Positions 49,134 through 58,028 of a stretch of DNA of 64,000 nucleotides are shown in pieces. The DNA is from an uncultured Candidatus Actinomarina sp. (GTDB lineage Bacteria; Actinomycetota; Acidimicrobiia; Actinomarinales; Actinomarinaceae). The notes beneath the pieces were generated by a model that ran no database searches, was not told the origin of the DNA, and saw only the letters and a list, made by a program, of their open reading frames with translations. Each line of letters starts with the position of its first letter. Position 1 is the stretch's first letter. A program made the position numbers and the translations under genes. Where the stretch lies: contig CACAQC010000001.1 in assembly GCA_902534495.1 (NCBI GenBank), forward strand, positions 158,773-222,772, written 5' to 3'.

Positions 49134-50617
49134 ACGCAATAATTATTTCTCTCCTATTTGTTCCTCTTATTTGTTCTTTTTTAATTTTTATGATCCCAAA
49201 TTCTAGAAAAGAAATTTTTAGACCAATTGGAATTATATTTTCTCTAATAACTCTTACACAATGTTTTTATTTATTATTTTCTGATTTTGGAAAAACAAAA
49301 TTTGTAATACTTTCAAATTACCAGTGGATTCAATCTTATGGACTTGAAATAAGCCTCGGTATTTCTGGGATGTCAACGTTACTACTTTTGTTAACTTCAT
49401 TGTTAGTTTTTGTTTCTCTCTTGTCAATTGGAAGTGAACATGCAAAGAGTAAGGGATTTATTGGTTCATTACTTGCATTACATTTTGCAGTTAATGGTGT
49501 TTTCATAAGTGGTGATTTAATTTCTTTATTCATATTTTTTGAAGCATTGTTAATTCCTATGTATTTCTTAATGGGCATATGGGGCGGAGAAAATAGAAGA
49601 TATGCAACAATTAAATTTATTCTGTATACAGTTTTTGGTTCAGTTTTTATTTTTATTGGAACGGTTTACACGGCCGTAATAAGTTATGGTACTAATAGGG
49701 CTCTAGCACTTGATTTTGATACACTGGCAAATCTTGAATTCTCCTCATCTCAATCTAGGACTTTATTTCTACTATTTACTTTTGGTTTTTTAATCAAAGT
49801 ACCTTTATTTCCACTTCATACTTGGTTGCCAGATGCTCACGTCGAGGCTCCAACTGCAGGAAGTATTTTATTGGCTGGTGTCCTTTTAAAGGTGGGAGCC
49901 TACGGTATTTTAAGAGTGTCTATACCTTTTTTTACTGAAGGATTTGTAACATACAAAAATTTAATTGCCGTTCTATCTGTGATTGGGATTATTTATGGAG
50001 CAATAGTTGCAATAGCTCAAATAGATATCAAAAAATTAATTGCATACTCATCAGTGAGCCACATGGGATATGTAATGCTGGGTATTTCTGCAGGAGGATA
50101 TCTCAGTATTGAAGGTGCAATTATACAAATGATAAATCATGGTATTACATCGGGTGCACTATTTATGTTGGTTGGCTTTCTATATGAAAGAAGACATACC
50201 CGAAACATAAGTTCATTTGGTGGGATTAAAATTACAATGCCAAAATATGCGGCAATATTTTTGTTTACCTCTTTTGCATCAATAGGACTGCCAGGATTAA
50301 ATGGGTTTGTTGGTGAATTTATGATACTTATGGGAAGTTATGATCAATACAAAATTCTGACCTCAATTGCAGCGTTTGGCGTAGTACTAGCAGCTATTTA
50401 CATGCTTTGGGCTTATCAAAGAATTTTTACAGGACCTATTTCTAATGATAAAAATGAGAATTTGAAAGATTTAAACATAAGAGAAACTCTGTCAATCGTT
50501 CCACTTATGTTACTTATGTTATTTATAGGGATTTACCCAAGTTTTATAGAAAGCTTTGTTATTCAGGAGGCGGGATTTTTAAGCGAAACAATAGCCTTAT
50601 TTAAGGATGTAAATTGA
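49130..50617 (+). CDS. nuoM: NADH-quinone oxidoreductase subunit M
   Basis: Motifs HTWLPDAHVEAPTAGSILLAGVLLKVG and AYSSVSHMG. Confidence 0.95.
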   Translation: MNAIIISLLFVPLICSFLIFMIPNSRKEIFRPIGIIFSLITLTQCFYLLFSDFGKTKFVILSNYQWIQSYGLEISLGISGMSTLLLLLTSLLVFVSLLSIGSEHAKSKGFIGSLLALHFAVNGVFISGDLISLFIFFEALLIPMYFLMGIWGGENRRYATIKFILYTVFGSVFIFIGTVYTAVISYGTNRALALDFDTLANLEFSSSQSRTLFLLFTFGFLIKVPLFPLHTWLPDAHVEAPTAGSILLAGVLLKVGAYGILRVSIPFFTEGFVTYKNLIAVLSVIGIIYGAIVAIAQIDIKKLIAYSSVSHMGYVMLGISAGGYLSIEGAIIQMINHGITSGALFMLVGFLYERRHTRNISSFGGIKITMPKYAAIFLFTSFASIGLPGLNGFVGEFMILMGSYDQYKILTSIAAFGVVLAAIYMLWAYQRIFTGPISNDKNENLKDLNIRETLSIVPLMLLMLFIGIYPSFIESFVIQEAGFLSETIALFKDVN

Positions 50618-52086
50618 ACGGCATTTCAGAAATATTGAGCTTTAATTTTTTAGCAATTGGCCCAACTCTTGCATTGGTGTTTACAACTCTGGTGTTACTT
50701 TTTTGTACTATTACAATCTCGACGCCTGTATATATTAAAAAGTACATTTCGTTTTTTGGAATTTTAATTACGTTATTTACAATTTTTCTTAAATTTGGAC
50801 TTTTTGCAAGGGAGGGTATAAATTCTTATTTTTCAGAGAAAATTCTTGTTGATGAATTTTCTTTGGTTGGGAATGTACTAATAGGATTAGTCCTACTGTT
50901 AACGTTTAATTCTTTTTGGAAAACTTCAAAAGAGATTGAAAACAAAACTACAGAGGCTTTAATTTTAGTTTTGATGTCTGCATCTGGGTTTCTTCTAATG
51001 GTGGATGCTGAAAACTTCATAATGTTATTTATAGGTTTAGAAATCGGTTCAATAAGTCTTTATGCATTAGCAGGTTTAAATAGAGGTAATCAACTCAGTA
51101 ATGAGGCATCTTTAAAGTATTTCCTTTTAGGTTCTTTAGCTTCTTGTATTTTAATATATGGTGTTGCACTTATATATGTGTCTTTATCTATTAGTGGAGT
51201 TTACGAAACAAGTATTGCGATTAATTTTATTGGACCAAATAATATCCCATTAACAACCTTGATTGGTTTAATAATGATAATTGTTGGACTATTATTTAAG
51301 GTTGCCGCTGCACCATTTCAAGCATGGGCACCCGATGTCTATCAAGGCTCTCCAACAGGATATGTCGGATATATGGCTGCAGTTGCAAAGGCTTCATCAT
51401 TTATTGTCCTAGCAAGGCTCTCTGCAATATCATTACGCTTTATTATCGATAAATTTGATTTATTTTTTACAGCAGTTGTAATTTTGTCAGTTTTAGCAGG
51501 TGCACTATTTGCTACAAATCAAACTGATATCAAAAGGTTGATTGCATACAGTGGAGTTATACAGTCTGGGTTTATTCTTTCGGGGATTTCTTTTGGGGTG
51601 TATGGAATAAGTGCATCCATATTTTATTTGATAACATACATAATTCAACTAATTGGAGTCTTTACGGTGTTTTCAATAATAAGTGGACAGTTAAGTTCAG
51701 ATTTTAAAATTTCAAATCTATCAGGTTTGTTCAAAGAAAATAAATTTTTAACGATTGCTTTTTCTGTATTTATGCTTGGTATTGCGGGGCTACCATTAAC
51801 AAGTGGTTTTGTATCAAAATTTATTTTGATTACTAACTTATGGTCATATGAAAAATATTTAATAGTTACTGTTTTAATGCTCACGACGGTTGCAGGATTC
51901 TATTTCTATCTAAGACCAATTTGGGTAGCTGCTATTGAAAAAAGTGATAATGCAATTGAAAAGATAAAGATTAGTATCTCAGACAAAGTCTTGCTGGGAT
52001 TTATGGCTGCTTTGACTATTTATTTCGGACTTTTACCAAATACTCTTGTGAACATCACAAGATGGATGGTAGAAAACTACCTATAA
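50614..52086 (+). CDS. nuoN: NADH-quinone oxidoreductase subunit N
   Basis: Motifs FKVAAAPFQAWAPDVYQGSPT and IKRLIAYSGV. TTG start. Confidence 0.94.
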   Translation: MNGISEILSFNFLAIGPTLALVFTTLVLLFCTITISTPVYIKKYISFFGILITLFTIFLKFGLFAREGINSYFSEKILVDEFSLVGNVLIGLVLLLTFNSFWKTSKEIENKTTEALILVLMSASGFLLMVDAENFIMLFIGLEIGSISLYALAGLNRGNQLSNEASLKYFLLGSLASCILIYGVALIYVSLSISGVYETSIAINFIGPNNIPLTTLIGLIMIIVGLLFKVAAAPFQAWAPDVYQGSPTGYVGYMAAVAKASSFIVLARLSAISLRFIIDKFDLFFTAVVILSVLAGALFATNQTDIKRLIAYSGVIQSGFILSGISFGVYGISASIFYLITYIIQLIGVFTVFSIISGQLSSDFKISNLSGLFKENKFLTIAFSVFMLGIAGLPLTSGFVSKFILITNLWSYEKYLIVTVLMLTTVAGFYFYLRPIWVAAIEKSDNAIEKIKISISDKVLLGFMAALTIYFGLLPNTLVNITRWMVENYL

Positions 52087-52216
52087 ATTATGCTTATTAA
52101 GATAATACCTCCGCCAGTCTTGCAACACCAAGGTGGATGGGACGAAATGCTGATGTTTTTAATACCAGCCTTACTCTTAACTTGGCTGCGAAATAAGCAA
52201 AAAAATGAGGAGTTAG

Positions 52217-52249
52217 ATGAATAATATTATAATATGTAATTGTGATTGA
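52217..52249 (+). other. Candidate 10-codon upstream ORF / leader peptide (MNNIIICNCD)
   Basis: GAGGAG (52207-52212) sits 4 nt before ATG 52217. The TGA stop (52247-52249) lies 3 nt beyond the GTG start (52242) of the ABC ATPase gene, which has no SD of its own. Confidence 0.3.
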
Positions 52250-52955
52250 AATTAAAAATCTCACAATGAGATACAAAAATGGTAAAGGCGTTGGGGACAT
52301 CAACATCTCTGTTGACAATGGTGAGGTTAAAGGACTTCTTGGCCCTAATGGAGCTGGAAAATCTACAACAATGAGAAGTCTTATGGGATTTTTAATACCT
52401 TCTGATGGTTCTTTAACAGTTGAAGGAATTAAAACCATTGAAAACCCTGTTGAGGCAAAAAAAATAATAGGATATTTACCAGGAGATCCTCAACTTCCAC
52501 AAAATTTAAACTCTAAGTCACTATTTAAACTTGGTGCAGATATGAGAGGCCAATCAACTGATTATGCTATGGAACTAGCAGAAAAGTTTGAATTAGAGAT
52601 TGATCAAACCATAAAAGAGCTATCTAAAGGCAATAGGCAAAAAGTCGCTTTGATACTTGCTGTACTGCATAAGCCAAAGGCATTAATTTTAGATGAACCA
52701 ACTTCAGGTCTAGACCCATTTCATCAAAGAACCTTTTTTGAAATTGTAAAAGAGTTTGCTAATGATGGTGCGGCAATACTTTTATCATCACACATTATTT
52801 CTGAGGTTGAAAAAGTTGCTGACTCGATGGCTGTTTTAAGAGAAGGTGCAAAAGTATATGATGAAACATATGAGACATTTTTAAATAAAGCAAAAGAAGA
52901 AGGTCAAGATTTAGAAGATGCTTTTTTTACATTCTATGATAGAAGAGAGGGATAA
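52242..52955 (+). CDS. ABC-2-type exporter ATP-binding protein
   Basis: Walker A GPNGAGKSTT, signature LSKGNRQKVAL and Walker B LILDEPTSGLD. GTG start. Confidence 0.9.
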   Translation: MIEIKNLTMRYKNGKGVGDINISVDNGEVKGLLGPNGAGKSTTMRSLMGFLIPSDGSLTVEGIKTIENPVEAKKIIGYLPGDPQLPQNLNSKSLFKLGADMRGQSTDYAMELAEKFELEIDQTIKELSKGNRQKVALILAVLHKPKALILDEPTSGLDPFHQRTFFEIVKEFANDGAAILLSSHIISEVEKVADSMAVLREGAKVYDETYETFLNKAKEEGQDLEDAFFTFYDRREG

Positions 52956-53779
52956 TGTTTAACTATTTCAAATACATGATTACAGTTCCAAGAAAATTTA
53001 TTTTAAATTGGGCAATTTCTGGGGGAGTTTACTTATTAATACTTCCACTAGCTTTTGCAAATTCAAGTGTAGAAAGTTTGCTTATTGACACACAAAGAGA
53101 AGCTTTTAGAGGAATGTCAGAAAATGATACAGTGATGAATTTATTGGGAATTAAGGATTGGGATAATGTATTTACGTTAGAAGGAATGGTAACTACATAT
53201 TTTTTAGTTCCTTTTGTTCCTCTTTTAATTGGCACAGCCACAATAATTCTTTTAAATAAATTAGGTTCAAAAGCAGAAGAAGATGGAACTTTCGAATTTG
53301 TTGCTGCTCTACCAATGACAAGAACTTCTGTGTACTTAACACAATCAATTCTTGCTGTCTTATTTGGTTTATTTGTAACTTTTGCTTGGACAAATATAAT
53401 GTTTATTCCAATTGCAACTATGGAGCTTAGTCAAACACTTGATTATGTACCACTTATGAAAGCAACACTTCAAGCAGCTTTAGCTGGAGTCACCTATGGC
53501 GCTCTTGGATTTGCATTAGGTGCATATACTGGAAAATCTTCAATGGCGTGGGCTTTCGGTGGAGGTTTAATGGCATTTGAATACTTAAGCAATTCATTAG
53601 CTGGAACAAATGATTTCTTTCAGTGGTTTGATGATAATCTTTCATCTTTTGGAGCTTATGGTAACCCTTATCAAGATGGATTATTTACTGAAGACTTGTT
53701 ACTCGTCATTGGTAAAATAGCGATATTTTTGTTAATAGGATTTATAGGATTTAGAAATAGATCTTTAAATCTTAGATAA
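52955..53779 (+). CDS. ABC-2-type exporter permease
   Basis: 274 aa, about 6 TM helices. The start overlaps the ATPase stop (TAATG). Confidence 0.7.
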   Translation: MFNYFKYMITVPRKFILNWAISGGVYLLILPLAFANSSVESLLIDTQREAFRGMSENDTVMNLLGIKDWDNVFTLEGMVTTYFLVPFVPLLIGTATIILLNKLGSKAEEDGTFEFVAALPMTRTSVYLTQSILAVLFGLFVTFAWTNIMFIPIATMELSQTLDYVPLMKATLQAALAGVTYGALGFALGAYTGKSSMAWAFGGGLMAFEYLSNSLAGTNDFFQWFDDNLSSFGAYGNPYQDGLFTEDLLLVIGKIAIFLLIGFIGFRNRSLNLR

Positions 53780-53819
53780 ACAAGTCCCTACAAAAATTTA
53801 ATCTACTTAATATAAACGT

Positions 53820-54251
53820 ATGCCAAATTTTTCAAGAACAGTAACTGTTAAGCAAGATATCAATACAGTCTATGATTTCATGTCTGACTTCCGTAATTTA
53901 AGTAAATGGGCAGAAGGTGACGAAGGTGAGTTAATAACAAAAGAACCTTTAAGATTAGGATCAGTATTTCGAGTAAAAACTTACTTTAACAACAAACCAA
54001 GAGTTTATGACTACGAAGTAGTCGAGTGGGGACCTCCATTAAGAGTATCACTTGAAGCAAAAGCGAAAACTTTTACGATTGTCGATACAATATTTTTATC
54101 AGCAAATTCTAAAGGTACAGAACTTACGTATGCAGTTAATATAAAATTTAAATTTCCATATGTAATTCTTTCCCCATTTGTAAGTGTCATGTTCAATAAA
54201 ATTATGGATACACAAGTTAAAAGCTTAGAGGAAGTTCTCGGTGCGATTTAA
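53820..54251 (+). CDS. SRPBCC (START/polyketide cyclase-dehydrase-like) family protein
   Basis: 143 aa. The N-terminal pattern F-x-R-x-V-x-V...VYDFMSDFRNLSKW is typical of SRPBCC proteins. Confidence 0.62.
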   Translation: MPNFSRTVTVKQDINTVYDFMSDFRNLSKWAEGDEGELITKEPLRLGSVFRVKTYFNNKPRVYDYEVVEWGPPLRVSLEAKAKTFTIVDTIFLSANSKGTELTYAVNIKFKFPYVILSPFVSVMFNKIMDTQVKSLEEVLGAI

Positions 54252-54765
54252 GCTTTGTATTGTTTTAGCTTTTTTATTTATCAGCTGTCAGAATTTTAAT
54301 GGTGATTATATGAGTCCAGAAATAAACGAATTCCCGGTAATTGAAGGAAACAATCTTAACAAGCAAAAAAAAGTTGTACCCGATGATTTCGTTGATAAGA
54401 ACTTGATAGTCATTGTTGCATTTCAGCAGTGGCATCAACCATTAGTTGATGAATCTATATTACTTTTAGAAAATAATGGGTTAGGTGAGACACATAATAT
54501 AATTGAAGTTCCAACTATTCAAAAGACTAGTAAGTTAGCTGAAATTTATTTGGATGGAGTCATGCGTGCAGGTATTAGAGATGACAGAATAAGGAATAGA
54601 ACAATAACTGCATATATTGATAAGGAGCAATTTAAATTAGATTTAGAAATTCCTGATGAAGATACAATTTACTGGTTTTTAGTTCAAAAAAATACCAACA
54701 ACATTATTGCCAAAGGTTATGGAATAATTACAGAAAAAGAATTAGAAATTATAAATTCTTACTAA
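54241..54765 (+). CDS. Hypothetical lipoprotein
   Basis: 174 aa. Signal peptide with lipobox FISC. GAGGAAG lies upstream of GTG 54241. No recognised family. Confidence 0.5.
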   Translation: MRFKLCIVLAFLFISCQNFNGDYMSPEINEFPVIEGNNLNKQKKVVPDDFVDKNLIVIVAFQQWHQPLVDESILLLENNGLGETHNIIEVPTIQKTSKLAEIYLDGVMRAGIRDDRIRNRTITAYIDKEQFKLDLEIPDEDTIYWFLVQKNTNNIIAKGYGIITEKELEIINSY

Positions 54766-55142
54766 ATGTAAATTGTTGCTAAATAAAGGGAAACTAATGC
54801 CAACAAAAGCATTACGCCATTAAAGACACCTCTTAGTGCATCACTTATATTTGTAGCTACACTGTGAAATGCTATAACTGCACCCGCCAAAAGTAAGGCA
54901 CCTATTACTACCGACCAATCTGATGCACCGTTATCTACTGTTAATCTAATTCCTATTCCTGCGATTAAAGCAACAGCATAAGAAATCCAAGAAATTTTAC
55001 TAAACAAGTCTCTTAGTACACTTGTTGTATTTTTTGAGGGATCAAATTTATTGAGTTTTGGTGCAAAAAATGCCCAAGTTACCATTGAGCCAATCCAAAT
55101 TGACAATCCAATCATGTGTATAAATTTTAAGATATTTTCCAT
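54762..55142 (-). CDS. Hypothetical 4-TM membrane protein
   Basis: 126 aa with four hydrophobic helices. Family not recognised with confidence. Confidence 0.5.
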   Translation of the reverse strand: MENILKFIHMIGLSIWIGSMVTWAFFAPKLNKFDPSKNTTSVLRDLFSKISWISYAVALIAGIGIRLTVDNGASDWSVVIGALLLAGAVIAFHSVATNISDALRGVFNGVMLLLALVSLYLATIYI

Positions 55143-55183
55143 AGCAAAATGATACCATAGGGTAATTCATTTAAAATATTCAT

Positions 55184-56179
55184 ATGGAGTTTTACCAGGG
55201 ATGGGTACAAGATGAAATTGCCCCATTCTCAAATTTGAAATATAAATCAATTGAATACCCATTAATTAATGAAAAAGAATTGATAATTGAAACAAAAGCT
55301 GCAACGTTAAATTTTGCAGATCTACTTTTATCAAGTGGCATGTATCAATCAAACCCCAAAACTCCTTTTGTTCCAGGCTTTGAAGTTGCAGGTACTGTTA
55401 AAGAGTGCAGCACTGATAGTAAATTTCATCTAGGTGATAGAGTAGTGGCGGCAACTACTGTATTTAGATCAGGAAGGTATGGAAGCTTCGGTGAATACTG
55501 TGTTGTTTCAGAAAATCTAGCATATAAATTACCTGATGAGATTTCTTATGAAGTGGGGGCTGCAATGCTTATGTCTTATTTAACATCTGATTTTGCTCTA
55601 CATAGAAGAGCTCAATTAAAAAAGGGTGAAATTGTCTTAGTAAATGCTGCCGCAGGGGGGGTTGGAATTTCCGCTGTTCAGCTTGCAAAAATTCAAGGAG
55701 CAAAAGTCATAGCAGCAGTTGGTTCAGACAAAAAAAAGAAGTTTATTGAACAATTTGAACCAGATTTAGTTATTAATTATCAAAAGGAAAATCTTAAAGA
55801 TGTAGTAGAAGAAAAATTTGGCAAAAGGTCAGTAAATGTATTTTACGATCAAGTTGGAGGTGATCCATATGAAGAGGGACTAAGACTCTTATCATCTGAA
55901 GGTAGAGCACTTATTGTAGGCTTTGCAAGTGGGAATATCCCCTCTCAATTACTGAGTTACATTTTGGTCAGAAATATATCGCTAATGGGTGTCTTTATGA
56001 TAAGTTTTGAAAATGATGATAAAGAATATTTAGAAACAAGAATGAAGACAATATTTGATCGATATTTAAGCAAAGAAATTAAGCCCATTTATAAAACTAT
56101 AAATTTTGATGAAATCGTGAAATATTTAGAGTTTATTGGCAGTAGAAAAACAATTGGAAGAATAGTTGCTCTAAGATAG
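55184..56179 (+). CDS. NADPH:quinone oxidoreductase / zeta-crystallin-like medium-chain dehydrogenase
   Basis: MDR fold with nucleotide motif VNAAAGGVGISAVQLAK. No catalytic zinc ligands are evident. Confidence 0.82.
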   Translation: MEFYQGWVQDEIAPFSNLKYKSIEYPLINEKELIIETKAATLNFADLLLSSGMYQSNPKTPFVPGFEVAGTVKECSTDSKFHLGDRVVAATTVFRSGRYGSFGEYCVVSENLAYKLPDEISYEVGAAMLMSYLTSDFALHRRAQLKKGEIVLVNAAAGGVGISAVQLAKIQGAKVIAAVGSDKKKKFIEQFEPDLVINYQKENLKDVVEEKFGKRSVNVFYDQVGGDPYEEGLRLLSSEGRALIVGFASGNIPSQLLSYILVRNISLMGVFMISFENDDKEYLETRMKTIFDRYLSKEIKPIYKTINFDEIVKYLEFIGSRKTIGRIVALR

Positions 56180-56211
56180 AAACTTTTAATTTAAGAACTA
56201 ATATATAAGAA

Positions 56212-56814
56212 ATGGCAAAATTATATTTCTACTTCTCAGCAATGAATGCAGGAAAAAGTACAACCCTTCTCCAATCTGCCCATAATTATGAAGAGAGAGA
56301 TATGAGAACCCTATTATTTACTCCAAAATTAGATGATAGATTCGGTGAAGGAAGAATAACTTCTCGTATTGGTTTAGATAGAGATTGTGAAATATTTACA
56401 TCAGATGATGACTTATACGTCTGGACAGCACACGAACATCAAAGAGAAAGTGTGTCGTGTGTTTTAGTAGATGAAGCACAGTTTTTGAGTCCAAAACAAG
56501 TTCTACAGCTTACTTTGGTGGTTGATAAATTAAAAATACCAGTTTTATGTTATGGATTGAGAACAGATTTTAGAGGAGAGCCATTTCCTGGAAGCGCATA
56601 TCTACTAGCTTGGTCAGATGAAATGACTGAAATTAAAACTATATGCAAATCAGGAAAAAAAGCAACTATGAATGCAAGATTAGACGAAGAAGGAAATAGA
56701 GTTACAGAAGGTGACCAGATATCTATAGGTTTGAACTATGAAGCTCAGGCAAGAGATGTTTTTGAATTAGATAAAGTTTCACCAATTGGCTATCAAATTC
56801 CCGAAGCAAATTAA
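56212..56814 (+). CDS. tdk: Thymidine kinase
   Basis: P-loop FSAMNAGKSTTLL, VLVDEAQF and GLRTDFRGEPF. Confidence 0.93.
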   Translation: MAKLYFYFSAMNAGKSTTLLQSAHNYEERDMRTLLFTPKLDDRFGEGRITSRIGLDRDCEIFTSDDDLYVWTAHEHQRESVSCVLVDEAQFLSPKQVLQLTLVVDKLKIPVLCYGLRTDFRGEPFPGSAYLLAWSDEMTEIKTICKSGKKATMNARLDEEGNRVTEGDQISIGLNYEAQARDVFELDKVSPIGYQIPEAN

Positions 56815-56815
56815 T

Positions 56816-57298
56816 TTAAGCTCTATTTTCTAAAGGTGGTTCGGGTCTGGTAGCTAACCAAATACATAGAGCTAAACCAAAAGAACCGAATATTAAATCT
56901 CCTACTAACGAAAATACAAAGTAAATTGTTAGTGCGAATGTAGGCACAATCATTGAAATTGCTAATTTTTTTGCTCTTCTTGAAAGACCTTTATAAGTCT
57001 GCCAATTTAAGATTATTGGCCCAAATATTCTGTGGTTTTCAAGCCATAAAGTAAACCTTTCCGAACATTTTGAAAAAGCCCAAGCTGCAATCAATATAAA
57101 TACAGTTGTTGGCAAGCCTGGAACGACTATACCTACGTATCCTAATGAAAGTGAAAGAATACCTATTGTAAAAAAAATCGGTTTATGAATCTTTACAAAT
57201 AATTTTGGAAAAAATTTGTACAAAATAATGAAAAGAAATATACCACCACCTACATAGCTGAAAAGCTCATAAGGAATGTTTTCAATTAAATTGCTCAT
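56816..57298 (-). CDS. DUF454 (YbaN-like) membrane protein
   Basis: VVPGLPTTVFILIAAWAFSKCSERF resembles recalled E. coli YbaN ([25 protein letters not shown]). Confidence 0.72.
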   Translation of the reverse strand: MSNLIENIPYELFSYVGGGIFLFIILYKFFPKLFVKIHKPIFFTIGILSLSLGYVGIVVPGLPTTVFILIAAWAFSKCSERFTLWLENHRIFGPIILNWQTYKGLSRRAKKLAISMIVPTFALTIYFVFSLVGDLIFGSFGLALCIWLATRPEPPLENRA

Positions 57299-57338
57299 GT
57301 GGTAATTATAAAATTTCTATGTGTAAACATAAATTTAA

Positions 57339-58028
57339 TCAACTGACAAAAACTCTCTCAGCAATAAATTGATCTAACCCAAAAAATTGATTCTTAACAA
57401 CACTGACTGTAATTGAGTAATCGTTCGTATCATAAATATTTATTTGATTTCCAGGTAAGATACTATTTTTTTGTAGAAAAGATATGATTGAGCTGTCTCT
57501 TTTTAGCTCTTCTGATATTTTTACAATGGAGTATTTTTTACTTTTATCACCGCTTACATCAATCAATCTATTCATTGGGCCTTCAAAATAGCTGGAATAT
57601 GGTATTGGGTTACCAAAAATTCCCGTTTTTGGATAACCTAAAACTTTAAGCATTGCATCTTCAGTTATAGAACTTAAAACATTCTCCCATTTTTTTGTTT
57701 CCCTATAAACTTGTTCCCATGGTAGATCTAAAACTTCAGATAAAAATCTCTCAACTATTCTATGTCTTCTTGCTATCATCTTCGCTAGGTATGCTCCCTT
57801 ATCAGAAAGCTCCAATTCGTCTTGCATTTTTATGAGACCACTGTTTTGCATTCTTCCTATTACCTGAGAAACATTTGCTCTACTAACACCCAGCCATTCG
57901 GCAACACGAGTTTGTTTGACTTCTATTCCAACTTCAGTCAAGTGAAAAATAGCTTCAGCATGTGAATAAAAAGAATTTGGTAATTTTTCAATTTCTTTTT
58001 CGGTAAAAATATATGGATTACTGTTCAT
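57339..58028 (-). CDS. DtxR/IdeR-family transcriptional regulator with C-terminal SH3-like (FeoA-like) domain
   Basis: HTH (RVAEWLGVSRANVSQVIGRMQNSGLI), dimerisation helix ARRHRIVERFL and FGNPIP. Several canonical metal ligands are substituted (see findings). Confidence 0.85.
   Translation of the reverse strand: MNSNPYIFTEKEIEKLPNSFYSHAEAIFHLTEVGIEVKQTRVAEWLGVSRANVSQVIGRMQNSGLIKMQDELELSDKGAYLAKMIARRHRIVERFLSEVLDLPWEQVYRETKKWENVLSSITEDAMLKVLGYPKTGIFGNPIPYSSYFEGPMNRLIDVSGDKSKKYSIVKISEELKRDSSIISFLQKNSILPGNQINIYDTNDYSITVSVVKNQFFGLDQFIAERVFVS

Noticed and set aside
52130-52160. Resemblance of GGUGGAUGGGAC...GCUGAUG to the fluoride (crcB) riboswitch core.
   Set aside because: The order and pairing partners of the conserved elements do not fit: no downstream CCGCC segment and no matching pseudoknot. 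The downstream ABC-2 exporter is also not a typical fluoride-regulon gene.
52097-52438. 113-aa ORF on the minus strand spanning the nuoN/ABC-2 spacer.
   Set aside because: Its N-terminal half (VDFPAPLGP) is the classic antisense shadow of an ABC Walker A region (GPNGAGKST) on the plus strand. It also overlaps the well-supported ATPase gene.
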